Source: Thermomicrobiales bacterium (lineage in GTDB: Bacteria; Chloroflexota; Chloroflexia; Thermomicrobiales; UBA6265). From it: DNA of 64,000 nucleotides. The translations under genes and the position numbers were made by a program. Positions 39,251 through 47,397 of this stretch are shown piece by piece (positions within the stretch are counted from its first letter, which is position 1; every line of letters begins with the position of its first letter). The DNA lies in NCBI GenBank assembly GCA_046328335.1, contig JAXLWU010000007.1, positions 4,094-68,093 of the forward strand. The letters are read 5' to 3'. The notes beneath the pieces are model-generated. The model did not search any database and was not told where the DNA came from. It was given only the letters and a program-made list of their open reading frames with translations.

Positions 39251-40746
39251 GCGGTGGCGGCTTGCGGCGGCAACGGGCGGTGCCGCTCCCAGCAGATTCC
39301 CCACTTTTCCTCGAACCGGCCCTGATTCAAATGGACCAGCCGCATGTATTCGCCGGAAGGCAGCAGTTTGCCGATCGAGGCGTGATAGGCGTGATGGACG
39401 TAGACCTCCGGGGTCCAGGCTACCTCGAGACCGGCTTCCTTGACGCGGAGCGCGTAGTCCTCGTCTTCGAACATGCCGACCTCGTACCGCTCATCGAGGA
39501 GGCCGATCCGATCGAGGGTGTCGCGGCGAAGTGCGGTGCAGAACATGGCCAGCATGCGGATCGGCCGCACCTCGCGCTCGTGTTCGAGGGCAAACTGACG
39601 CGCGATGTCCTGATACTCTGCATACGTCTGGTATTGCGGATTGAGTTGCGCTTCGTTGCACGTTCGATTCGTCGCCGGGCCGATGAGCCCGATCAACGGG
39701 TCCTGGAGATGGCGGGCCAACCGGGTAAGCCAACCGCGGGGCACGATGGTGTCGTTATTGAGCAAGACGATGATGTCGCCCGTGGCGGACCGCATTCCCT
39801 GATTGTTGCCGCCTCCAAATCCGGTGTTGTGATCGTTGAAGATCGGCCGGAGGGTGGGAACGGTGGCAGCGAGGCGCTGCAATTCCTCGACTGTCCCGTC
39901 TGTGGAGGCATTGTCGACCACGATCAGTTCGTAATTCGGATACTCCGTGTTTTCCAGCACGCTGGCGAGACAGAGGCGGCTGAACGCGAGATTGTCGTGG
40001 GTGAGCACGACAACACTCGCCTTTGGCCATGTCTGCCGGATCGCGGAGTCGAGGACGGCCCAGCGTGCGGGCCAGGACACCTCACGCGAAAGATCGAGCG
40101 CCCGGCTTTGGCCCGATAAGGCGTTCGAGTCGAAGGCAATCGGGATATCCGCGTCATTGGCTCCCGTGTGGCGAGGATTTCGGCAGCCGCACGATTTCAC
40201 GACCGGCGCATCGCTGGCAATTGACACGATCCGCCAGCCGAGCCGGTCGCGAATGCGCTGATGCAGCGCCGAGCAGACGGAGGCAGGGAGCAGGATCGCG
40301 GCGGCATCGATGCCGAATTCGCGTTGGAGGCTGACCAGTGCGTCGATGGTGGGAGCGGCGATGCGATAGGTGACACCTGGGCCGATCGGCCGCGCCGCGT
40401 CTGGTGCGTCAGACTGCAGCACGAAAACCCGGTGCTCGTGACGCGAGAACTCGGCGATCAACCGGTTCTCGTACTCGGTATCAGATGGCGCATCAGACGA
40501 CACCACGATCAGGTCGTAGCGGGCCAATCGCGGCGTGAAGGCGGTCGCCAGCGCGCGGTGCACGGTCGCCTCGGGAAGTTCCGGTTCACGCGCGCGGTCG
40601 CGCGCGGCGATCACCAGATCACCGACGAGCAATGGGGGCGTTGCCACGGCGCGGCGGCGCCTGCCGCAGTTGCAACCGGGATGCGGCAGGTCATCCGCCA
40701 TCGGCAAACTCATGGTGCGGCTGGAGTCCGCGAAGTCAGGAGACAC
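39247..40746 (-). CDS. GT2 glycosyltransferase with an unassigned N-terminal domain of about 230 aa
   Basis: The C-terminal half has VVVLTHDNLAFSRLCLASVLENTEYPNYELIVVDNASTDGT and FEDEDYALR (GT-A, DxD context). The GTG start at 40746 overlaps the upstream gene by 11 nt. Alternative ATGs are at 40713 and 40701. Confidence 0.75.
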   Translation of the reverse strand: MSPDFADSSRTMSLPMADDLPHPGCNCGRRRRAVATPPLLVGDLVIAARDRAREPELPEATVHRALATAFTPRLARYDLIVVSSDAPSDTEYENRLIAEFSRHEHRVFVLQSDAPDAARPIGPGVTYRIAAPTIDALVSLQREFGIDAAAILLPASVCSALHQRIRDRLGWRIVSIASDAPVVKSCGCRNPRHTGANDADIPIAFDSNALSGQSRALDLSREVSWPARWAVLDSAIRQTWPKASVVVLTHDNLAFSRLCLASVLENTEYPNYELIVVDNASTDGTVEELQRLAATVPTLRPIFNDHNTGFGGGNNQGMRSATGDIIVLLNNDTIVPRGWLTRLARHLQDPLIGLIGPATNRTCNEAQLNPQYQTYAEYQDIARQFALEHEREVRPIRMLAMFCTALRRDTLDRIGLLDERYEVGMFEDEDYALRVKEAGLEVAWTPEVYVHHAYHASIGKLLPSGEYMRLVHLNQGRFEEKWGICWERHRPLPPQAATA

Positions 40747-43700
40747 GGGGCACGTCCATGTTCAATCGAGCATCCTCTCCGGTTCGGGTGAGATTCGGGT
40801 TGTAGAACGGGTCATGGTCGATGACATGCCCCCAGCGCTCGCGCAAATGCATGATTTCGTCCGGATGGGCGATCACGGTCTTGGTGACCGATTCGTGATG
40901 GTACAGACACGCGTGCGGCGTGTAGACCACATCGTACCCCGCCTCGCGCACGCGCAAGCAGAAATCGGTGTCGTTGAACGCGACCGGGAAGAGGGTGGCG
41001 TCCATACCTCCGATCTCTTCGTAGACCTTCCGGTCAATCAGCGCGCAGGCGAAGGTTACCGCGCTGAAGTTGCGGACCGCATCGGGAAGATCGAGGAAGC
41101 CGGGATTGTGGCCGGGTAGCCGCTTGAAAACGTGAACCGACCCGCCGAACGGGCCAAGGATCACTCCGGCGTGCTGGATCGTATCATCGGGGTAGAGGAG
41201 TTTCGGCCCGACGATCGCCACGCCCGGCCGCTGCGCCTGCTCGACCATCGCCCGCAACCAGCCGGGGTCGATAACCGACACATCATCATTGAGCATCAGG
41301 ACGTACGGCGTGGTGACCTGTCTCACGGCGTCATTGTTCAGTGCCGGGAAATTGAACGGCTTGCGGTCATCGACGATGCGTCGCACGTTGGGATAGTTCG
41401 GCGCGAGTTCGCCAACGAGATTGGCGACGTTTTCGCCGCGCGAGTTATCGACGAGCAGGATGTCGAGAGGTGGATAGTCGGTTCGCTCCAGCAGGTCTTC
41501 CAGACAGGGGCGAAGCAGGTCGAGTTTGCCACCGGTGGGGATGACCGCCGTGACCGCCGGCAGTTCGTCGAGCGAGTACCGCACCCGCCACAGCCCCGGA
41601 TGGAGGCCAAGCTCGACCTGCGCCGGGGTCTTCCGCCGCGAGACGGCATCAAGAATGACGGCCCGTTCGCTATCGGACCAGTCGCGCAGATGCCAGGGCT
41701 CGCCGCGCTGCGGCGCCACCGCGATCGTGGTAGCCAGCACCTCGGGAACGTGGATGATCGGCCCTGGCTGCTCGCTGACCCGCAGCGCGAGATCGAAGAT
41801 CGCAGCGTCGCCGACTCCCTCGCGCACCCCGCCCACCTGGAGCGCCCGCTCCCGCGAAAAGACGACCAGCGGCCCAAGATAGTTCATCGCCAGGAGCAGA
41901 TCCGGTGACCAGTCGGGTTTGAAAAATGGATTCCAGCGAACCGCGCGGACCGGATCGACGCGGTCGTCATCGACATACACCAGGGCCGTGTCCGGTCGAT
42001 CCGAGGCGACGCCAGCAATGCGCGCCAGCGCATCTGGCGAAAGGATGACGCCGGGGGAGAGGACCGCCACCAGGTCGGCGTTGCTGTCGCGCATCGCCGC
42101 GTTGACCTGCTCCGCCATGCTGTCGCCACTGCCGGTGGTCACGCCAAAGCGTGGATCGTTCCCGGCCAGCTGGCTGGCGCCGGATCGAGCGACGTCGCCG
42201 GAATCGTTTCCGATCAGCACGCGCGCGCGCCATGCCGGGTACGTCTGCGCGGAAATGGAGGTGGCAAGCGCGTCGAGTTCGTTTTCACATGCTCCGGTGA
42301 CAGGAATGAGCAGGTCGAACGTGGGACCTCGATCACTGGCTGGCGTCTCAGCGGGCGCTGCCTGTCGTTGCGCCAGCCACGCCGGGTACTGGCGGTTGAT
42401 GGCGGGCATGCCAGCGTCGATATAGTCGCCATCGTCGACGGCGATCTGCGTCGGGAGTTCGAGGCTCTGACCGTCGTTGGCGGTGATGACCACGACCAGT
42501 TCATGGGTGCCACTGGAGAGACCCGCAAGCGGAATCGACCCGGCAAAACCGCAATGATCCGCGTTTGGATACTGCCGGCGCCGTTTCGCGGCATCGGGTC
42601 GTAGGGCGCCGTAATGGAGACTGCCGCGCGGCTCGCCGTTGACGAGCACCGTCAACGAGCGGATGCCGGACGAGGCCAGCGCCCAGCCGGATACCGGCGC
42701 GAGTTCGCCGGAGGCGTAATTGGCGCCGCGCACCGTACTGTCGAGACGGCCGATGACCCGGCCCGTTTCGAAGGCGCGGCTGTCGACCTCGAACATCGTC
42801 TTCAATTCGGCCCGGGAATCCTCGGCGCCGGTGATGCGGATGGTCAGTTCGTGCATGCCATCGGGCAGATCGCCCACCGAGATTTCCCCGGAGAATCCGG
42901 CGTTCTCTCCCGCGGGGTACCCAGGAAACAACGCGGCGGCATCCGGACGCGGTTCACCATGCGGTATTTCGCCACGCAGTTCGCCGTCGACCAAGGCTTC
43001 GACCCGCACCTCGCCGGTGTCCGTCAAGGTCCAACCGGAAATCGGCAGGATGCCGTCGGTGAAAACTTCGGGGATGCGGCTGAGTGATTCGACCATACCG
43101 ACAATGCGATGCGGCAAGGTGTTGGCCGCGGGTGGCTCATCGGTCGCTTCCACCACCTCGTTCCGGGTCTCGCTAGACGTTGTCTCTGGCGCGGCTGCCG
43201 GTTCAGACTGATGGGCGGGGAGATTCACCGTCTCGACTTGCGCGCGCAAGATGGCAAGTTGGCGTTCCGCCTCGGCGGCGCGGGCCTCCGCTTCCTGGAC
43301 GCGGACGTTGAGCACGATGTTGTTCCGCACCAGGATCATCACCTGACGGGAGCGGTCGAAGAGCATGCGGTCGGCGAGCCGGTCCTGCTCCCCGGCCTCG
43401 AACCCCGCCAGCAGCGGCGACACCGTCAACTTGATCGGGTAGCGCGCCCCGTAGTGCGCCGAGAGGAGACCGTCCAGCCAGTAGTAGCCGAAATCGTCCG
43501 GGATGACCTTCTCCTGCCAACGCTCACTAAAGAGCGCGCGGTTGGCCCGCTCCGTGGCGGTCATGACATCCCGCGTTGCCGACTCGAAGTGGTAGAGGAC
43601 ACTCTCGGCGCAAAAGTGGACCTCGTAGCCTGCCTCCCCCGCGCGAAGGCAGAAATCGACATCTTCCCAGCCGTTGCGATACGACGTATCGAGACCACCG

Positions 43701-44278
43701 AGGCGGTCCCACGGTTCGCGGCGAAAGAGAGCGCAAGCGCCGGTGACCACCTGGTACCGGCGGGACATGGCGGTGCAGGGGTGATCGGCCGGGAAACCGG
43801 AGTAGATGTGGTGTGGCAGGCTATCGAGTCCGAACACCACGCCCGCATGTTGGATGGTGTTGTTTGGAAACAGGAGCTTCGAACCAACCACGGCCGCACG
43901 TGGATGCTGCTGAGCGTACGCGACCAGCGCTCGTAACCAGCCCTTTGTCGGAATCGTGTCGTTGTTGAGCAGGACCACGAATTCACCGCTCGCGGCCGCA
44001 TAGCCCGCGTTGCAGGCGCCCGCAAACCCCTGCGCGGCTTCATGGTGCACGACCCGGATGCGATCGCCATACCCCGCGAGAAACTGCGCGGTGAGATCGC
44101 TCGACCCGTCGTTGACGACGACGATCTCACGGCGTACGCCATCGTCCGCCTCGGCGAGGAGCGCGTCCAGGCACTGTCGCGTAATCGTCGCCTTGTTGTG
44201 AACCGGGATGACGACCGACGCCGACGGGTGCCCGTGCAGGGGCAGATCTGCCGGCTGGCGCGGCTCAGCGGAGGTCAT
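40736..44278 (-). CDS. 1180-aa multidomain glycosyltransferase: GT2, short coiled coil, 2x recurring module, GT2-like, GT2
   Basis: GT2 no. 1 is aa 18-240 (SVVIPVHNKATITRQCLDALL, VVVNDGSSD, WEDVDFCLR). An EA-rich helix spans aa 318-350. Modules span aa 391-499 and 508-615. A GT2-like region spans aa 655-850. GT2 no. 3 is aa 908-1130 (VTAVIPTGGKLDLLRPCLEDLL, LLVDNS, FNDTDFCLR). Confidence 0.8.
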   Translation of the reverse strand: MTSAEPRQPADLPLHGHPSASVVIPVHNKATITRQCLDALLAEADDGVRREIVVVNDGSSDLTAQFLAGYGDRIRVVHHEAAQGFAGACNAGYAAASGEFVVLLNNDTIPTKGWLRALVAYAQQHPRAAVVGSKLLFPNNTIQHAGVVFGLDSLPHHIYSGFPADHPCTAMSRRYQVVTGACALFRREPWDRLGGLDTSYRNGWEDVDFCLRAGEAGYEVHFCAESVLYHFESATRDVMTATERANRALFSERWQEKVIPDDFGYYWLDGLLSAHYGARYPIKLTVSPLLAGFEAGEQDRLADRMLFDRSRQVMILVRNNIVLNVRVQEAEARAAEAERQLAILRAQVETVNLPAHQSEPAAAPETTSSETRNEVVEATDEPPAANTLPHRIVGMVESLSRIPEVFTDGILPISGWTLTDTGEVRVEALVDGELRGEIPHGEPRPDAAALFPGYPAGENAGFSGEISVGDLPDGMHELTIRITGAEDSRAELKTMFEVDSRAFETGRVIGRLDSTVRGANYASGELAPVSGWALASSGIRSLTVLVNGEPRGSLHYGALRPDAAKRRRQYPNADHCGFAGSIPLAGLSSGTHELVVVITANDGQSLELPTQIAVDDGDYIDAGMPAINRQYPAWLAQRQAAPAETPASDRGPTFDLLIPVTGACENELDALATSISAQTYPAWRARVLIGNDSGDVARSGASQLAGNDPRFGVTTGSGDSMAEQVNAAMRDSNADLVAVLSPGVILSPDALARIAGVASDRPDTALVYVDDDRVDPVRAVRWNPFFKPDWSPDLLLAMNYLGPLVVFSRERALQVGGVREGVGDAAIFDLALRVSEQPGPIIHVPEVLATTIAVAPQRGEPWHLRDWSDSERAVILDAVSRRKTPAQVELGLHPGLWRVRYSLDELPAVTAVIPTGGKLDLLRPCLEDLLERTDYPPLDILLVDNSRGENVANLVGELAPNYPNVRRIVDDRKPFNFPALNNDAVRQVTTPYVLMLNDDVSVIDPGWLRAMVEQAQRPGVAIVGPKLLYPDDTIQHAGVILGPFGGSVHVFKRLPGHNPGFLDLPDAVRNFSAVTFACALIDRKVYEEIGGMDATLFPVAFNDTDFCLRVREAGYDVVYTPHACLYHHESVTKTVIAHPDEIMHLRERWGHVIDHDPFYNPNLTRTGEDARLNMDVPRVS
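42434..43108 (-). other. Two tandem copies of the roughly 105-aa recurring module inside the 1180-aa GT
   Basis: Copy 1: ILPISGWTLTDTGEVRVEALVDGELRGEIPHGEPRPDAAALFPGYPAGENAGFSGEISVGDLPDGMHELTIRI. Copy 2: LAPVSGWALASSGIRSLTVLVNGEPRGSLHYGALRPDAAKRRRQYPNADHCGFAGSIPLAGLSSGTHELVVVI. Both align with the N-termini of 36632..37933 and 38066..39250. Confidence 0.7.
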
Positions 44279-44906
44279 CGTAGAGGAAATGCTCCGAGCG
44301 CGGATCGGCGGTCCAGGCGGCGAGTGACATCGCGTCGCGGTCCTTGTCGCTGATCAAGTCGGTGTGGCGAACGATCGACTGCACCTTGGCCAGCAGATCG
44401 GGCGCGCAGAGGGACCAATCGATGTCGTCGGCCAGAGGCGAAATCCCCGCTTCGCAGCCAGGGCTGTACTCGCCCGAGCAGAAGTACTCGATCACCGTGT
44501 CCGCGGGAAAGGTGTTGCCGTGAGCAAATCCGGGTGGCACCCAGATCCAATCCGTATAGTCCTCGTCGCCGACCACCGGCATGTCATACGCGATTGCCCG
44601 ACCATACGTCGGCGAGCCTTTGCGAATGTCGAGGACGAGATCGATCATGTGGCCACGGATGGTGCGCACCAGTTTGCCCATATAGGGGTTCCACTGGTAG
44701 TGCATGCCGCGCACGACCCCGGCCTTCGAGTAACTCTCGTTTGCCTGCGGAAAGCGGACCCCGCGCATGAACGGCGTTTGGTCGCCCGCATCGAAATCAC
44801 TGAGGCGATACTGCTCGCTGAAATAGCCGCGATGATCGCGGAAACGGGCAAAGCGGATCACCTTCACCGAGGGAATCGCCAATTCCTGAACCGAGATGAT
44901 CTTCAC
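44265..44906 (-). CDS. rmlC: dTDP-4-dehydrorhamnose 3,5-epimerase-like (RmlC-type cupin)
   Basis: ORF 44265..45032 trimmed to the GTG at 44904-44906 (GGGAGA 8 nt upstream). Contains FRDHRGYFSEQY, VVRGMHYQ, KLVRTIRGHMIDLVLDIRKGSPTYG and VPPGFAHG blocks. Its 3' end overlaps the GT start by 14 nt. Confidence 0.82.
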   Translation of the reverse strand: MKIISVQELAIPSVKVIRFARFRDHRGYFSEQYRLSDFDAGDQTPFMRGVRFPQANESYSKAGVVRGMHYQWNPYMGKLVRTIRGHMIDLVLDIRKGSPTYGRAIAYDMPVVGDEDYTDWIWVPPGFAHGNTFPADTVIEYFCSGEYSPGCEAGISPLADDIDWSLCAPDLLAKVQSIVRHTDLISDKDRDAMSLAAWTADPRSEHFLYDDLR

Positions 44907-44987
44907 GTGTCGTTCTCCCAAGGTGGGCTGAAACCTCGAACTCCTGAACATGAGCGCCGCTTTGCACTCGCGCAGTACCGCATAGAG

Positions 44988-45410
44988 CCCCTCTCCCGGC
45001 TCGACGGGAGAGGGGTTGGGGTGAGGGCTCACGTGACGAAACCACGATACCTCCCCTTGTCAGGACGCTCAGGGAGAGGGGTGGGGTGAGGGCGAATACC
45101 CGGCGCAAACGGCGGTGATGATGGAGAGCGGCGAGCGAAAGACGTGTCATTCCGAGGAACGAGGAATCTCGGCGTGCACAATCGCATGCCAACGCGCCGA
45201 GGTCCCTCCTTCTTCGGGACGACACGCATGGCGCTCGTCGGAACGACACATCTTCCGCACGTCGCTGTAAAATCAGTGTGGCCGGTGGCCGGAGGAGGTC
45301 GCGATCGGCCAGAAACGCGGGCCGCACGAGCGTCGCCTCTCCCGCCCGGCTGTCGTAAGGGCGATGCCTGCGTCGCCCGTCTGCTGCCAAACCCGGCACG
45401 CCGCATCTCA
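44988..45410. repeat. Composite repeat island (R1 x2, R2 inverted pair, R3-like) between rmlC and rmlD
   Basis: R1: 44988..45027 (CCCCTCTCCCGGCTCGACGGGAGAGGGGTTGGGGTGAGGG) and 45071..45092. R2 core forward at 45145..45175 and inverted at 45192..45225. R3-like at 45355..45390. ORF 45029..45406 on the minus strand is made of these repeats. Confidence 0.7.
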
Positions 45411-45412
45411 CG

Positions 45413-46288
45413 TTAAGCCGACCCCTCGCTGACGAGGCCCTTGGCCTGTAGGTAATGGGCCAGCGCCTCCCGCCACGGCCGTAGCGGCGCGACACCGGTC
45501 GCGGCGAGGCGTTCGCTGGTCATCGCCGAGTAGGGTGGGCGTCGTGCTCGGCGCTCACCGGTGACGGTTTGTGCCGGTTCCATGTTGACCGCGACGCCCG
45601 CCAGATCGAACGTCGCCTGGGCGAATTCGAACCAGGAACACTCTCCCTCGTTGGTGAGGTGAAACAGGCCGCTGGCGTCCCGTTTCATCAGCGCCCGAGT
45701 CGCCTCGGCGAGATCAACGGTGTAGGTTGGGGAGAGCGCCTGATCGGTCACTACCTTGACCCAGCCGTCATTGCGGCCCTTGTTGACCATCAATTCGGGA
45801 AAAGTCCATCCCTTGCGGCTTGTCGCCGTGCCGTAAAGACCGGCGGAGCGGATGACCAGATGGCGGGGGTTGGCGTTGGCCACCATCCGTTCGCCAGCCA
45901 GTTTCGAGACGCCGTAGACGTTGTAGGGATCGGGCAGGCTCGATTCGCTATGCGGATCATGCCGCGGGCGGTCCTGACCGCCGAAGACGTAGTCGGTCGA
46001 ATAGAAGACCACCCCAGCGCCGATTTCGGCGGCGGCGCGCGCCACATTGGCGGCACCGACGGCGTTGACGGCAAACGCCAATGTCGGGTTCAACTCGCAA
46101 TCGTCGACGCGGTGAAACGCCGCCGTGTTGATCACCCAGTCCGGCTGGTGCTCCCGAATGATGCGGGAGACGCCGATGCCGTCGGTGACATCGATATCGC
46201 CATGACCGAGACCGACGGCGCCGTCGCCGAGCGCCTGCATCAGGTCCTGACCGAGTTGCCCGGTGGCGCCGATGACCAGCGTCTTCAC
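45413..46288 (-). CDS. rmlD: dTDP-4-dehydrorhamnose reductase
   Basis: GTG at 46286-46288 overlaps the upstream stop (GTGA). Contains LVIGATGQLGQDL, WVINTAAFHRVDDCE and YNVYGVSKLAGE (YxxxK). Confidence 0.85.
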   Translation of the reverse strand: MKTLVIGATGQLGQDLMQALGDGAVGLGHGDIDVTDGIGVSRIIREHQPDWVINTAAFHRVDDCELNPTLAFAVNAVGAANVARAAAEIGAGVVFYSTDYVFGGQDRPRHDPHSESSLPDPYNVYGVSKLAGERMVANANPRHLVIRSAGLYGTATSRKGWTFPELMVNKGRNDGWVKVVTDQALSPTYTVDLAEATRALMKRDASGLFHLTNEGECSWFEFAQATFDLAGVAVNMEPAQTVTGERRARRPPYSAMTSERLAATGVAPLRPWREALAHYLQAKGLVSEGSA

Positions 46289-47325
46289 GCCGGCACCCCG
46301 GTCATCACCTGTTCCTTCAGCCAGCGAATATTGAAGAAGCGGGGGTCCTTGTCCGGTTCCGGGCCGTAATCGCCGCGTTCCAGCGCCTCCCAAATGCTCT
46401 TCACGGCTTCCCAGGCGGGACGATCGGGGCTGAAGCCGAGCGTCTCCTTGATCTTCTCACCGCTGACGTAGTAGGAGCGCGCCCCGGCATTTCCCGTCCG
46501 GTCCCGCTTGACCTGGACCTCGACTCCGTAGTTCTGCTCGATGACTTCCGCGACCCAGTGCGCCAGTTCGAGGACCCGGTAGTTCTTGTGGACGAGGTTG
46601 AACGCCTCGCCGCGGATCTTCTCGATCGGCGCGGAAAGGAGGTGAATGTAGGCGTCGGAGGCATCGCGGATGTGAAGCAGCGGGCGCCACGCTTCGCCGT
46701 GACCATGGACGGTCAGCCGTTGAGTCTTCCACGCGTGCAGCGTGAAGACGTTGACCACCAAATCGAACCGCATCCGTGGCGCGGGACCGAAGATGGTTCC
46801 TTTGCGCAACATGACCGGAACGAAGAGCGGATTCTGATCGGCGATGCGCAGCAGTTCGACCTCGGCCAAGCGCTTCGTCTTGCTGTAATTCGCGGTCGGC
46901 GCGATCGGCATGTCTTCGGTCATCACCGTCACGTTCGCCTCATCCGCCGTGGTTGGGGCGTAGTAGACGGAGCAAGTCGAGGCGAAGAGATAGCGGAGCG
47001 GCTTGCCGTCCGCCTGGGCCCGCCTGGCGGCGAGTTCCGCCAGTTGCCGCGTCGCGAAGACGTTGCTCTCGCTGTTGAGTTCCGGCGCAAAATCGGCGGT
47101 GGGATCGTTGGACAGGCCGGCGAGATGAATCACGGCATCAACGCCGTCGAGCCATCGCGGATCGGGATAGCGAAGATCGCCCTCGATCACTTCCAGCCGC
47201 TCGTGCGGCGGAAATGGATTGCCGAACCAGAGCGTATCGACCACGCGCACCTGCTCGCCAATGGCGAGCAATTCGCGGACGAGCACGCTGCCGATGTACC
47301 CCGCGCCTCCAGTGACCAGAATCAT
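46285..47325 (-). CDS. NAD-dependent epimerase/dehydratase (extended SDR); not a canonical RmlB
   Basis: ORF trimmed to the ATG at 47323-47325. Begins MILVTGGAGYIGSVL. Has the catalytic YSKTK. Lacks the RmlB-type blocks I would expect. Confidence 0.8.
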   Translation of the reverse strand: MILVTGGAGYIGSVLVRELLAIGEQVRVVDTLWFGNPFPPHERLEVIEGDLRYPDPRWLDGVDAVIHLAGLSNDPTADFAPELNSESNVFATRQLAELAARRAQADGKPLRYLFASTCSVYYAPTTADEANVTVMTEDMPIAPTANYSKTKRLAEVELLRIADQNPLFVPVMLRKGTIFGPAPRMRFDLVVNVFTLHAWKTQRLTVHGHGEAWRPLLHIRDASDAYIHLLSAPIEKIRGEAFNLVHKNYRVLELAHWVAEVIEQNYGVEVQVKRDRTGNAGARSYYVSGEKIKETLGFSPDRPAWEAVKSIWEALERGDYGPEPDKDPRFFNIRWLKEQVMTGVPA

Positions 47326-47397
47326 GCAGACTAACCCCTTCCCTGACGCGGGTGCGAGATGCCGCGTTACCCTCGTGGTGGTGCGGTAATACAAGAC

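Noticed and set aside
45029-45406. 125-aa ORF between rmlC and rmlD
   Set aside because: It is composed almost entirely of R1/R2/R3 repeat copies. The same kind of peptide strings would arise wherever these repeats occur, so this is not a gene.
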